Part shown: piece after piece, positions 37,641-51,287 of the stretch
How positions within the stretch are numbered: position 1 is the stretch's first letter
Layout of the letters: each line of letters starts with the position of its first letter
NCBI GenBank assembly: GCA_038087875.1
Contig: JAXLNO010000709.1
Span: forward strand, 248,001-312,000
Source of the DNA: Malacoraja senta
Lineage: Eukaryota
DNA: 64,000 nucleotides
Direction of reading: 5' to 3'
Position numbers and translations under genes: made by a program
The notes under the pieces: generated by a model
Databases searched by the model: none
What the model saw: only the letters and a program-made list of their open reading frames with translations
What the model was told of the DNA's origin: nothing

Positions 37641-37768
37641 CTGAAGAAGGGTTTCGGCCCGAAACGTTGCCTATTTCCTTCGCTCCATAGATGCTGCCAC
37701 ACCCGCTGTTTCTCCAGCACTTTTGTCTACCTTCGATTTTCCAGCATCTGCAGTTCCTTCTTGAACAC
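37641..37768 (+). mobile_element. Penelope-derived repeat with intact hammerhead core
   Basis: ctgaagaagggtttcggcccgaaacgtt at 37641-37668; same subfamily as 7165-7293. Confidence 0.85.
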
Positions 37769-37791
37769 TCTAAATCAGCACTTTTGTCTAT

Positions 37792-38001
37792 TTTAGTTTA
37801 GAGATACAGCGCAGAAACAGGCTCTTCAGCCCACCAACTCTGCACCGACCAGCGATTCCCACACACTAACACCATCCTACACACTAGGAATAATTTACAG
37901 AAGCCAATTAACTTACAAACCTGTACGTCTTTGGAGTGTGGGAGGAAACCGGAGCACCCGGAGAAGACCCATGTAGGTCACGAGGAGAACGTACAAACTC
38001 C
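37792..38001 (-). mobile_element. V-SINE 3' part
   Basis: V-domain and tail; head missing. Confidence 0.8.
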
Positions 38002-38720
38002 TAAACTAAAAGTTATTTTGTTGTTTTATCCATTTGTGCTCTGTGCAAACCTCTGGCAAGTTTATATTTATTGCACAAACCTAAGCACTGTTGAATATTG
38101 TCAACCTATAGACAACCTATTGTCTATTGTCTATTGAAATAGGGTGTCAAGCCATTTTCTTCAACTGTAAGGTTTTATGTTGAAAGGGTATACCTACAGT
38201 GCTGTGAGATTGGCTGGACCAAGATATTAGCTTAAAAATGGTAGAATAGAACTATAGAACATTTACAACACAGATGGAATCTCTTCAGCTTCTTGCATCC
38301 ATGCTGGTCCTAAAAGATTTGCCCAACCTACTTGCATCTTCCAGCGATTGATCTGTAACTCTTGTGGGTACCGATCTTTCAATACCGCTCTCTTTTTAAA
38401 TGTGATGAGGATTTCCCCCACTGCCACTCTTTCAGGCAGAGTAAAAGATTTTCCTTATTTTCTTTCTAATCCTCTAATTTAATTTAACGGCCTAATGATT
38501 TTTTTACCCTCTGCTAAGATATTAAAATAAGACGAGTAAACATGTGACTGGCAGTGATGATGTACTGCCAGTTCATGACGTTGTGTCACTTGGAGAGAAG
38601 TTTGGAGGTCATGGAAGTTGCATGAATTGCCTTTGTCTATTTTGGGATTGAGGTTGCAGGTTTGCATCTGCTGTTGAAGCAGTCTTGGTAGGCTATGCAA
38701 GGCATCTTGTAGATGGTACA

Positions 38721-38920
38721 GGAAAGATGCTGGCTTAAATCGAAGATAGACACAAAATGCTGGAGTACCTCAGCGGGACAGGCAGCATCTCGGGAGAGAT
38801 GGAATGGGTGACTTTTCGGGTCTGCGGGAGGTTCTTGTCCCGAAAGATCACCCTTTCCTTCTCTCCAGAGATGCTGTCTGTCCCGCGGAGTTACTCTAGC
38901 ATTTTGTGTCTATCTTCTTA
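38721..38920. mobile_element. Fold-back Penelope-derived short element
   Basis: Inverted arms joined at stem II; 14-bp TSD ttgtagatggtaca at 38707-38720 and 38921-38934. Confidence 0.85.
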
Positions 38921-39553
38921 TTGTAGATGGTACATGCACCCATATTCCTGGATCATTCTTTATTAAATAATAGCAAAACTTTAAGAATCGGGAAAATACT
39001 TGTTTGCAACTAGCAATGCTGATGTTATGAAGCAGGTTTTAAGGATGGTAATTAACAAATGCCCAGTCCACTGATTTTTGTCATATATATTAACAAGTTA
39101 GATAAGAATATAGGTGGCATGAATAGGCAAGTGGGAGTAACTCGGTTGGGCAACTTGGTCAGCATGGACTAGTTGGGCTAAAAGGCCTGTTCTCTCGCTG
39201 TATAATGTGTAATGCAAATGTTCCTGGCCTCTTATAACCCCAAGATTGTGTTGCTCACATTGAGTATGAGGCTGTGTGTGCATACTTTATCTCCTGTTAT
39301 TTATGTACTTACGTATCAATTATTCACCACCTCGTACATCAATACTGCAGAACACTGATCTAATCAGTTGGTTATGAGATGCTCTGCCTGTAACATGATG
39401 CTTATACTGTTCAACATTCATGTTGTCCATCGAGTTGGCACTTCATTTATGCTTGCTGTTCTTGCATTTCTTTCTGTATTCTTTGTTGAACCACGATGTT
39501 CCCTCGTTTCACTTGGCCCCATGGAAGGATATGCTGTGCTGTAACATTAGAAA

Positions 39554-39687
39554 CATCAGTCTAAAAAAGGGTCTCGACCCGAAACGTCACCTATTCCTTT
39601 TCTGCAGAGATGCTGTCTGACCCACTGAGTTACTCCAGCATTTTGTGTCCATCTTCGGTGTAAACGGGCATCTGCAGTTCCTTCCTA
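39554..39687 (+). mobile_element. Penelope-derived repeat (mutated hammerhead core)
   Basis: ctaaaaaagggtctcgacccgaaacgtc; imperfect TSD acatt(a/g)gaaa. Confidence 0.75.
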
Positions 39688-40604
39688 CACATTGGAAAAA
39701 CTACTGGAGTACCCTTAAAGTGCATATCCTTTACCAGACTTTTAACACATTTCTTCTCATTTGGCTCGGCCACTACATTTGCTACATTGCAAATCTCGGG
39801 CTTATGTACTACTAATAAAAAAAAAACATTCTTCATGTATGAAATAAAGTTAAATGATTTACGTACCTGCCTTGCAGTTTTATTTCAATTTTTCAGTGCC
39901 CCCAAACTACAAAAAAACGTTCTCCTTTGTAGAAAGATCTTCATAACTTCATAAAGTTATGAAGATCTTTCTTTACTTCATAAAGAAAGTCAAAATCTCA
40001 CTGTAATTGAGCACTTTGACAGCTCAGCAAGATTTAAGGTTAGAAGAATATACACAATTTTAAAAATTGAAGGAGATTCCAGATTGTAATTAGTTTTTGA
40101 CTGTGTGGTCAATAGGTGACCAATATGTACTTAATGAATTTGAGTGGGCATCTTATGATCCAGATCATATGTCTTGGCAAGACTGGTGGATGTCTATTTT
40201 ATTGCGGTTGAATTATTTGATTTTGATATAACAAGGCACAAGTAAAAAGGAAAACTTTTTTTTTTTTAAATAATGCTTTGGACTATATATTTCTGGGTTC
40301 ATTGGATTGCCACAGAACACCCAGCCTCTGATCCAGTTTGGTACCATGGTGCAGTTCAGATTCTGATCAATGATAGACTTCTTCCTTTGAAGGACGTGAG
40401 AGTGAGAGACTGAGATCGAGATGCTTTGTTTTGCATACCTAGGCATACAAAGAGTGGCCACGCAGCGGCCACCGACAAAGTTACAAAGTACCCCTTTTTT
40501 TTGCCCCAATGGTCCCCCCTCCCCTCCCCCCCATTAGTTTTCAGCAGCCCTCCACTCCAGGTCCCCCTTTGTCCACAGAGGCCCTCCACTCCGACTCCCC
40601 CTTT

Positions 40605-40738
40605 CTGAAGAAGGGTATCGACCCGAAACGTCACCCATTCCTTCTCCCCAGAGATGCTGCCTGTCCCGCTGAGTTACTCCAGCTTTTTGTGTGCATCTTC
40701 GGTTTAAACCTGCATCTGCAGCAGTTCTTTCTTACACA
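40605..40738 (+). mobile_element. Penelope-derived repeat with hammerhead core
   Basis: ctgaagaagggtatcgacccgaaacgtc. Confidence 0.8.
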
Positions 40739-41804
40739 TCTCCCCTTCTCCCCGGTGGCCCCCCTACATGACCTGGGGACTCCGGCCTCCGACCCCGGGA
40801 CTTGGGACCCAGATGGCTTTTTACAACAGTGTGGCGGTTCTGTGGTCAGCATTTCTGATTTAGTGTAATTCCACATTACTTTATTAAACTGAATTTTACT
40901 TACACAACAACAGTGATGGGCATTTCTTTTATGTTCATTTTCGGGAACAGGGCAATTGCAGGAAGCTTTGTCCAAACCTCTGGATTGCTTATCCAAGCCT
41001 GGAGATAACTAGTCTGTAGATGTAAACACTTGATTCATCATTCGCAATGTTCAATGGACAAAATTCAGTGGAAATGCTGAGAACTTGAGAACTAGCTTGA
41101 CCTTGTCAATGTGTCAGAGCATTGACTCTCTCAGCGTTGTGTGCAATTCTGCGGAACAGCCTTCAGCAGGCGAACCTGAAACATGTGCATCATATATCGT
41201 AGTCAAGAGTCCTATGTATTCTGCAAAGACTGGCCTGACAGTCTCAGGAATCTTCTTGATGATAGAAACAGAAAATAGGTGCAGGAGTGGGCCATTCAGC
41301 CCTTTGAGCCAGCACTGCCATTCAATATGATCATGGCTGATCATCCAAAATCAGTTACCCCGTTCCTGCTTTTTCCCCATATCCCTTGATTCCGTTAGCC
41401 CAGTAACTTGATCTGTTGGCCCAGTAGCTTCCAAATCACTGCAAAGTTGGATGGTATTCTTTCTCTGCTCCTGCTTGGAGTATCTGACCAGCTTTCTTTT
41501 TAACTTGTTTAATTTTCATGATGTGTTTACAGCTATCAAGGCCTACATTTATTGCCCATCCCCAACTGTCTCTGAGAAGATGGTGGTGAGCTACCTTCTC
41601 CAACCATTGCACTTCTGCTGTGGGTGTTCCTACACTGTGGTTCGTTCGGTTGGAAGATCCAGGACTTACTCCCAGCAACAGTGGAAAGAATAATGATATA
41701 TTCCAAGTTACAAAAATGTGCAATTTGGATAGAAAAACATCAGTGGATAATCTTTTTATCTTTCTCATTGGTAGAAGTCATGACTTTGAATGATGCAGTT
41801 TGAA

Positions 41805-42035
41805 TAGGGTGGTGAATCTGTGGAATTCATTATCAAAGAAGGCTGTGGGGGCCAAGGCAATGGATATTTTTAAGGCAGGGATAGATAGATTCTTGATTAG
41901 CACGGGTGTCAGGGGTTATGGGGAGAAGGCAGGAGAATGGGGTTAAGAGGGAAAGATAAATCAGCCATGATTGGATGGCGGAGTAGACTTGATGGGCCGA
42001 ATGGCCTAATTCTGCTCCTATCACTCAAGAACTTA
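41805..42035 (+). mobile_element. CR1 3' end
   Basis: gtggtgaatctgtggaattc followed by CR1 3'UTR. Confidence 0.8.
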
Positions 42036-43051
42036 TGAATAGCCTGGGTGAATAACTACAGTCAATGTAGTAAATAGGACACACTGCAGTAAAAATGTTC
42101 CTGTGGTGCAGGTAATGAGTAAATAGGGTGTAGATGAGGTGGCAGTCAAGTGTTTGATGAGAAAGATGTCCGGTGCTCTAATTGACAGAATTGTCCTGGA
42201 TGGCGATAACTTTCTTGAGTGTTGTTGATGAAGCACTCAAACAGAGAGGTGGAGAGTTGTCGAAAATAGACACCAAATGCTGGAGTACCTGAGCGGGACA
42301 GGACCCGCTGAGGTAAAATAAAATAGCACCTTCAAATTGTCAGAGGGGCTGCAATCTCTCTCAGTCCAGGCCTTGGAAACCATATAGTATTTATAGGTTG
42401 CAGAAAGATAAAGACACAAGATGCTGGAGTAACTCAGTGGGACAGGCAGCATCTCTGGAGAGAAGGAATGGGTGATGTTTCGGGTCGAGACCCTTCTTCA
42501 GAACGATCTGAAGAATTTGGTTCCGGTCCAGTTTAGTTAAACGTAATCAATGAGTGCCACTTGAAAGCACTTTTGATGTCACATTTGTAACGATTGAGAA
42601 CAGACTGTTTACTGTTTGGGCAGTAACTATCCAGATGAGATTAATCCTGGTTTTCTGGCAGGGCACACCTGGTTTAGTGGTACAGTTGGTTCTGGAGTAC
42701 AAGTATTCAAATTCCTGCTGTGTAGTTTCAGTGCCAAAGCATTTACGGAGTCTAATTCTCTCAGCCATTTCTTGTTATTATGCGTTTGAATTGAATGGAT
42801 TTAAAACTAGCTACTGTTATGGTGGCGATCTCAAGCTGGGCCTTCCTTCTGATGAAAGTGATTACACATGCTTCAATTTTACCTTCAGCCACATACATGG
42901 TGGGTCCCACTAACGTGGAAGATGGGAATATTCTTTGACCCTATTCCTCCTGTTAGCTGTTTAATTGCCTATCACCATTTATGACTAGATATGGCAGGAC
43001 AACAAAGCTTTGACCTGATCCATTGTCTGTGGGATCACTAAGCTTTGCCTT

Positions 43052-43152
43052 GTCTGAAGAAGGGTTTTGGCCCGAAACGTTGCCTCTTTCCTTCGCTCCA
43101 TAGATGCTGCTGCACCCGCTGAGTTTCTCCAGCATTTTTTTGTGTACCTTTG
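43052..43152 (+). mobile_element. Penelope-derived repeat with hammerhead core
   Basis: ctgaagaagggttttggcccgaaacgtt. Confidence 0.8.
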
Positions 43153-43378
43153 CCTATCACATGCTATCTTCCTGTTCAGTACACACACAGTCCTTTGTTG
43201 CACCTTCACTAGGTGGTTTACTAGGTTTTAAGTACATTTGGTGCTGCTCCTGGCCTTCCCTCTGTGTTCTTGAAGACAAGGCTCCCTCCCCCCACCCCCC
43301 ACGACCTGTTTGTAATGATATAGCAAGTAAAATGATACACCATGCGGTTACAAATCAATGCAAAATTCATAATCTTAA

Positions 43379-44106
43379 AGGACCTGTCCCACTAACGCGA
43401 CTTTTCAGCGACTGTCTTCGACCTTCAAGCTCGAGGGCACTCGCCTGGATCGACCGTCAGTGATGAAACCGCAAGCCGGATTAACCGACTGTGCACGCGC
43501 ACACACACACACACAAACACATCGCAAAGGCGGGGGCCAGGGAAAGCGGGGGAGCGCTGTCTGAAATTCACACACGCGATGAACTGGAAGGTAAAAGACG
43601 GCTGGCACAGTTACGGTAAATCCTTTAGAGAGCGTGGAGAGGGGGGGGGGGGGAGAGAAGGGGGTAGAAGAGGGGGAGAAGGTATGGAGACATTTTTAAG
43701 AAGCCAGACAACTTATAATAAAGTTTAGCGGGCATTTAACCTACCGGTTGGTTTTCCTTGGTCCTGAAAACTCCAATGAGCCAATTAAAATGCCCGGTCA
43801 GCGAAGGAGATTGCCTACGGCTGCCCTCGACTGCCTATAACTACATAGCGACCGCACTCCACTGCACTACGAGTTCAAAAGAACCATGCCGACCAATTTT
43901 TACTCGCGGAAAAATTTTCAACATGCTGAAAAATTTTCCTCCACCAAACTGAGGCCGCGAGTATGCGGGAACTTCCCACGAGCATGAAGGAGAGTTCAAA
44001 TGACCTCATAGGACCTCCTAGGACCACATCGACCATGCTGCGAGTTTGAGTCGAGGGCAAACTCTTCTAAACTCGCAGATTAGGTTGCCGCAGTGGGACA
44101 GCCCCT
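43379..44106. mobile_element. PIF/Harbinger-type non-autonomous element
   Basis: TIRs aggacctgtcccact/agtgggacagcccct; TAA TSD at 43376-43378 and 44107-44109; same TIR family as 24121-24353. Confidence 0.85.
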
Positions 44107-46308
44107 TAAGGAAGATTACTGAAGACACATGCAGATACCTCTGTGTTTGTTAGCAGTTTATGGGTCCAGGTACATTATCAATAATTAAGACGTGTTATCA
44201 ATTGGAAGATGAGAACATTTAAAATACATATTTTACATAGGGAAGATGTAGGAGCACAAGAGACTGCAGATGTATTCTTAATAAGGAAAATTAAAACAAA
44301 TCATAAATTATTTTGTATTCTCCAGTGAGAAGATTAATAATGAGAGTGAACAATTAGACAATGAATCATGCAACTACTTACATGTAATATTTACATTAAT
44401 TAAAATAAACATGGAGCTATAGCAACACCAGGGTGTAATCCACAGAAAAGCAAATTGTTGGTCTACTATCATGTTGATTGTCTGCACAGATTCCTGGATC
44501 CCATTCATAGGGCTGGAATTGTTTCAGAATTTCTGCCTTTTTGTCCTTTGCAATGTCACTCTCCGAGACTGATTATGCTTAAGTGCAAAGTCTGTGTTAT
44601 AATGAGGTGCTAATTGAAGGTGTCCTGTGGAGAAGCCAATTAAAGCACCGGGCAGCTCTCACATCAAACCAAACAGTCACAGTGGAAGAGATCTTATTTG
44701 GCTCGGTTCCCATTGAGCTGCGACTGCAAATGACAAAGAAAATGATAGAGTGAATTGGCCAAAGGAGTCTTCACAGACATTTAAACAAAGATGTGTACTG
44801 CAGGTGGTCAAATGCATTTAATGCAAATCTCACATCACACTGCTTACCACAGCATCATTTAAATGTAGCTAAAATAAGCAAGGCCCTATTTTCCTCCACA
44901 AATGAATGTAGTTTGTGTATTTATTTGCTGTGAGCAAAATAATTATGTTTTTATAGTAGTTTGCATCATAGCATTCATGAAAACTGAGTATATGGCAAAC
45001 ACCTTTCATAAAATACCTTTAAACAATAGATTAGTTGTAGTTTGAAATTCAATGCAAATTTCTGTAGAGTAACAATCGGCTACAATTGTCTTTTTAGGGC
45101 ATCTTATGCACTCATTTATTTATTTATTTATTTATTTGTTCCAAACAAGTAAAGACATAAATAGGAATAAACAACAACAACTAAATCGAAATAGTCAAAC
45201 ATTGGACATTCCAGGCAATATTTGTAAATCAATGAAAAACATAATGCGAAATTTAAATGTCCAACACTTTTTCTTTACAAGCTCGAAAAGGAGTGAGAAG
45301 AAGAATAACTTATTTAATCTCACCCCTTCTCCCTAAACCCTTCTTCCATATTTAATAATTAATTAATTAATGATAATAATACCCCAGACAATTTTTAGAG
45401 ATACATACAGACATATAGTATGAAGTATGAAGTATGATAAAGAAGTTGAAGCGATCTTTTCTCTACCTTAGTCTACCTTTTTGTCCACCTTTCACTGCCT
45501 CCGCTGATTTTTGTCCAATTTCCCATCAAAATGTACCCAGCACAGTCAAGGGTAAAAACAAAGAACTGCAGATACTGGTTAATACACAAACGGACACAAA
45601 GTGCTGGAGTAACTCAGCAGGTCCGGCTGCATCTCTGGAGAACATGGATAGGTAGCATTTCGGGTCCAGATCCTTCTTCAAGTCGAGTCAAGAGAGTTTT
45701 ATTGTCATGTGTCCCAGATAGGACAATGAAATTCTTGCTTGCTGCAGCACAACAGAATATGTAAACTTTATATGTAAAACAGTATATGTAAAAGTCAGAC
45801 TTTATTCAGACCTTTTTCAGTCTGAAGAAGGGTCTCAACCCAAAACGTCACCTTTCTATGTTCTCAAGAGATGCTGCCTGACATCCTGAGTTACTCTAGT
45901 ACTTTGTGTTCAAAAGTTATAGGTGTTTAATTGCCATATGCACTGAACAATGAAATTCTTATATGCTGGCACAATAACCTAACAACACAACCAATACATA
46001 TACAATAATCAATAATAGAATAAATTATCAGTATTACTAGTTAACCAAACTATAATAATGCAAACCACATTGAATGATGCAACCTATATCCGGGTGGCGC
46101 CATCAGCGATTGCAGCCTCGCCAACGGTCTGTCTGTCTTTTCGTATTTTTTGGTATTTTTAGTGTATTTTAAAAGTATGTGTTAATGTTCTCTGGTTTGT
46201 TTTATGTGGGGGAGGGGGGAGGGGGGAGGGGGGAGGGGAATTTTTTTTCAATCTCTTACCTTGCCGGAGATGTGATTGTTTTCCGGATCGTATCTACGGA
46301 TTAAATGA

Positions 46309-46546
46309 GTAGGAAGGAACTGCAGATGCTGGCTTAAACCGAAGATAGACACAAAATGCTGGAGTAACTCAGCGGGACAGGCAGCATATCTGTTGAGAAG
46401 GAATGGGTGACGTTTAGGGTCGAGATCTTCAGACCCGAAACGTCACCCATTCCTTCTCTCCAGAGATGCTGCCTCTCCCGCTGAGTTACTCCAGCATTTT
46501 GTGTCTATGCTCAGTATAAACCAGAATCTGCAGTTCCTTCCTACAC
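46309..46546. mobile_element. Fully symmetric fold-back Penelope-derived element
   Basis: ~110-bp inverted arms gtaggaaggaactgcag...ctgcagttccttcctac joined at hammerhead stem II. Confidence 0.85.
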
Positions 46547-48114
46547 ATCCCTGGTTCGTTCAGCACAAGCATTGTATGAAGCTATACTGACAAAAAATCT
46601 TAAGCATTTGGTATTCCTTCTTTAATTCATCACAGTGTGCTTCATACAATGATTAATAAGCTTTATCAATCTTAACCAATTTCTAACTACAAAACTGCAG
46701 TACGTACGTACCTGCTGGCTTTCTGTGAAATGATCAATCGATAAATAACTGTATAGGTGTATTCTTTGAACTGATGGGCTCCTTTTATGCCAATGTCAAG
46801 AGCAACATAATGTTTAATGTCAAGAGCAACATAAAAGGAGTATATTAAAATGTATCGTGCAGATAACTGACATGGAATCTATATCCAGATTAAATTAAAA
46901 AATATAACTGTATAAACAGAAATAATATAAAAATCTACAAACCTTGCATTCTGCAGCTGAGATAGAATCCTCAAGAATAAATGAAACCGTGCTAACTCTT
47001 TTGTTGAAAACATCAAAAGATGTGCAAATTAGAGGTTATGCACTCATTTACTGAAGATTACTTTCTTTATTCGATTCAAATAAATGTTATTCTTTGACAG
47101 AATCCACTTCTACTGGAATTATTCTGTCTCCATAGTTATCATTAAGACATCAGCCTTTTAAAAAGGGAAAAGCAGCAAGCCCCAGGTTCAAATACAAATT
47201 AATTTGCCTATATTAAAAATGCCATTAACGGGTCTCACTGTTAAGACTTCCTTGTGCCTCTGTTATATTCCCAATGGTTTGTGTTGGATTTCACAATGCT
47301 AAATCATTACCAGACATGGATCACTTCTTGTACATGGCTGCTAAACACTAACACTCCTAAATGATTTAAAGACTTCCCCATTTCTGAAAAATTCTGGGAA
47401 TACGTATTACTTGTTTTTCACTTGGACTAACTTTGTATGTGTGTCACCTTATCCTTAGGACTGGATCTCATGAGTATGTCCTCTCACCTAATTTATAATC
47501 CTTCACATGTATCTGGCATCGAAGCCTGCAAGACTTTTAAAATATGCTTGTCATTGTCTCAATTACATCATTAATCAATGCGAAATACCTGTACATTTAT
47601 GAGTGATAATCCAGATGATAAAAATAAAGACATTAGGGCTGCTTCTGAAGTTGCAGATTAATCTGTGTCCTACGGATCTTTACTTTGGCAGCTGATGGAA
47701 ACATTCTAGTGTGATTTTGAAACAAATTATAGATTTTCTAATCTTCCCCTCATGGTGTATTCTGAATTCATTGTATAATACTTACAGGAAATTCATGGTA
47801 TTTAAAGTTGTCTCGCTCTGTTATTAAAATGGGAATCCTAGTGAATCCTAGTGAATACACCAGACAAAAGGCCTTTTGTGACAACAACTAAATATAAGGT
47901 GCTGATGACTAGTTAATTGCTCTTTCTGCATACATCAATCCAAACATTGCTGTCAAATGCTTATTCCGTATTATGTCATAATTATGGTCATGTTACCTAC
48001 TTTGATATTATTTTCTGTTATATGGAATTTGAGATTTCTGTCAGTATTTTCTAGAAGCCAAGTCCATTATTTTTTGCTGGTATCCCCCTTTTAAATTACT
48101 TTAATTTTTCGAAT

Positions 48115-48398
48115 TTGAGATATAGCGTGGAAACAGGCCCATGGGCCCACTGAGTCCGCGCCGACCAACGATCACTCCGTACGCTAGCACTATTCTACAC
48201 GCTAGGGACAATTTACAGATGTCAATTAACCTACAAACCTGAAAGTCTTTGGAGTGTGTGAGGAAACGGAGCACCCAGAGAAAACCCACAAAGTCACAGA
48301 GAGAATGTACAAACTCCGTACAAACTGCACCCATAGTCAGGATTGAACCCAGTTCTCTGGCGCTGAAAAGTAGCAACTATACCGCTGCACCACTGTGC
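48115..48398 (-). mobile_element. V-SINE
   Basis: Head, V-domain and 3' region homologous to other copies. Confidence 0.8.
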
Positions 48399-48715
48399 CT
48401 GCAAAAAATAAAATTTAGTTTTATCATAACTGTAATATCAGACATCTTAATCATTACTTAGGTTCTATAAATTGCAAATCGTGGACATGTTTGTGCTGTA
48501 GACCTAAGATCAACAACCCACCAAATCAAAACCTGTCCAAAATAAATTGCATAAATTCTATGCAGGTGATATGAGAACGAAATGGTTACAACAAAGAAGG
48601 AAGCCATTCAGTCCCTCTGCACAGATTCTCTACCAAAACAATCTTTAGTTTCACCTACAATTCCTCCCTCTATTAGCTATTACAGAGCATTCGGGCACGA
48701 AGATGTGCCCTATCG

Positions 48716-49030
48716 GGTGGCACAGTGGCGCAGCGATAGAGCTGCTGCCTCACAGTGACAGAGACCCGAGTTTGGTCCTGACTATGGGTGGTGTCTGTGA
48801 GGAGTTTGTACGTTCTCCCTGTGACCGCGTGGGTTTTCTCCGAGTGCTCCGGTTTCCTCCCACATTCCAAAGACGTACATGTTTGTAGGCTGGCTTCTAT
48901 AAATCGCAACTAGTGTGTGGGATGCAAAAGTGGGACACAAGGAACTGGTGTGCGGGTGATCGATGGTTGGCATGGACTCTGTGGGCCAAAGGGCCTGTTT
49001 CCACTCTGTATCTCTGAACTAAACTAAACT
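48716..49030 (+). mobile_element. V-SINE
   Basis: gggtggcacagtggcgcagc head, V-domain, aaact tail. Confidence 0.85.
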
Positions 49031-49350
49031 TTCCCTTCCCCTTCAGATTGCCCTGTAACTGTTTTGTGACGTTATTGACCGTGGAAACAACACACCATCT
49101 TGGATTCATGTACATAGCGACAGAAACATCTATCCAGGTCCCTCGCTATCAAATCTCTCACCTCTGTTGCCCTTGCTGCTCCCCCGTTGTCCAGTTGAGT
49201 CTCCCATAGTGCCACAATTTTGGCTGTATCTGGATTTCTTAGATTAACGCTGGTCAATATTTATGTTAAGACAACATTATCAAGCACAATTTTATTTTTC
49301 TATTTATGGGAACTTTGGGTATATAAATCAGCTCCATGTTTTACAACACA

Positions 49351-49650
49351 GGGTGGCATGGTGGCGCAGCGGTAGAGTTGCTGCCTTACAGCGCCAGAGA
49401 CCCAGGTTCGATCCTGACCATGGGTGCAGTCTGTACGGAGTTTGTACATTCTCCCCGTGACCGCGGGGGGTATCTCCGAGATCTTTGGTTTCCTCCCACA
49501 TTCCAAGACGTACAGGTTTGTAGGTTAATTGGCTTGGTATAAGTGTCCCTCGTAAATTGTCCCTCGTAAATTGTCCCTAGTGTTAATATGTGGGGATCGC
49601 TGGTCGGCTGAACGGCCTGTTTCCGCACTGTATCTAAACTAAACTAAAAC
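49351..49650 (+). mobile_element. V-SINE
   Basis: gggtggcatggtggcgcagcggtag head, ggttcgatcc B-box, tail. Confidence 0.85.
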
Positions 49651-50108
49651 ACCAATCTATATTTTGTAAGTTTTTAATTTGTTATGGTTTACTTTAAGAC
49701 ATCTTGAGACTATCTGATGTGTGACACATGTTCTATATGGTTATCTGCCATACTTGGGATAAGATCTACTTTGGGAGTTGGCTGTTCAGTGATCAGTTTT
49801 ATCATAAAACAATTATACCTCAAGGTAAAATTAATTCAAGAGTCCAGAGTGTTTAATTGTTATATGTACCAACAACTAAAAACATATATTAATAACATAA
49901 TATGCAATGATCAATAAATTAATAATCCCAATATTAGTGTAAAAAAGCCCAAAGTCAACCGTGCAACCAAATACAGTCCATAGTTCGTAGTTTAGTTATT
50001 GTTGTGTAGTTTTCTGGAGTCAGACAGTTGTTGAAAAGAAGCATTCCTCGTCAATCAATTTATGATCTAGATGCTGATTACACAATGTTTTGTTTATTAA
50101 TATTTTAG

Positions 50109-50154
50109 GTTAACCATAGAAGCGGTTCCAATCCATACCTCGGGACTTAGTTGA
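50109..50154 (+). CDS. Candidate terminal coding exon (xLTIEAVPIHTSGLS*)
   Basis: T-rich acceptor ..tattttag|G; phase 2 matches the 13272 donor; tandem TGA TAA stops; AATAAA at 50375-50380. Short, so chance cannot be excluded. Confidence 0.3.
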
Positions 50155-50939
50155 TAATGTTTGGAGATCTACAGAAGTAGCAATAGCGAGATTTACAACA
50201 GTAAATAACAAGCAACAATGCAGACAGCCAACACTAAATTTTCCTGGCTCAAAAATCATGATAGGTATTTCCCACTGATCTGTTTGTTTATTCCCATATC
50301 TAGCATAAATTGAGCAACTCTTTGGTTTGAAGGGAGACACCAAATATCAGATCCCTGGAGAGAGAAAATATAACAATAAATCTATTAATTAGCTGTCAGC
50401 TCTTTGGCTATGTGGCAACAGTCTCACCTCTAAATTTGAAATTCATAGAATCAAGTGTCAAAACAGAGAGAGAGCACATTATGTAGGCTGACATTTGAAG
50501 AAGTACTGCAATCATAGAGGTGCTGCCTTATAGATGAGGCGTGAAATCGAGATCCTTTGAATGCAAGTGTTCTGAGAGCAAAATGTGTGTTTACCAGGCT
50601 TCTGGACAACTGTACTCCTTATCAACTAAACCAAAACATATTGCCTTGCATTAATTTTATCTTGTTTGTGAGTTCTTACGTAATGTAAAATGGTTGCCCA
50701 TAACATTTTCTTCTTTTACCGTATTCACTCAAATCACACTATTGGTCTTGAGTCACTTTGTGGAGATCCGAAGCTGGAAAAAGCATCAATATCAGTTTAT
50801 TTTAACTTTAAAATGCAGCAATTTGTTGTTTTTTTCCCCCTATTTATATCCAAAGTACGTAAATGAATATATAAATACAAAGTGCTGCAGTAACTCGACG
50901 GTCAGGCAACGTTGATGGAAATAATGGTTGGATTACATG

Positions 50940-51282
50940 TACATGTGTATAAAACTCATGAGAGGAATAGCTCGGGTAGATGCACAGAGTCTCTTGCTCT
51001 GGGGAATCTAGAACAAGATATAGATTTCAGGTGAAGGGGAAAAATTTAATAGAAATCTGAGGGGTAACTTTTTCCTGCAAAGGGTGGTGGGGGCATGGAT
51101 CAAGCTGCCAGAGGAGATAGTTGAGGCTGGGACTTTCCCAGTGTTTAAGAAGCAATTAGACTGGTACATGGATAAGACAGGTTTAGAGGGATACGGACTA
51201 GCTGGGACTAGTGTAGCTGGGACATGTTGGTCAGTGTGGGCAAGTTGGGCCAAAGGGCCTGTTTCCACGCTGTATCACTCTA
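50940..51282 (+). mobile_element. CR1 3' fragment
   Basis: VGAWIKLPEEIVEAGT..FKKQLD; same subfamily as 1835-2265. Confidence 0.85.
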
Positions 51283-51287
51283 CGACA

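Noticed and set aside
39868..39907. Minus-strand mini-exon (ttttgtag..CAG|gtacgt)
   Set aside because: Stops in all three frames and no supporting partner exons.
46792..46834. 19-bp direct repeat aatgtcaagagcaacataa
   Set aside because: Simple local tandem duplication with a 5-nt spacer; no further structure.
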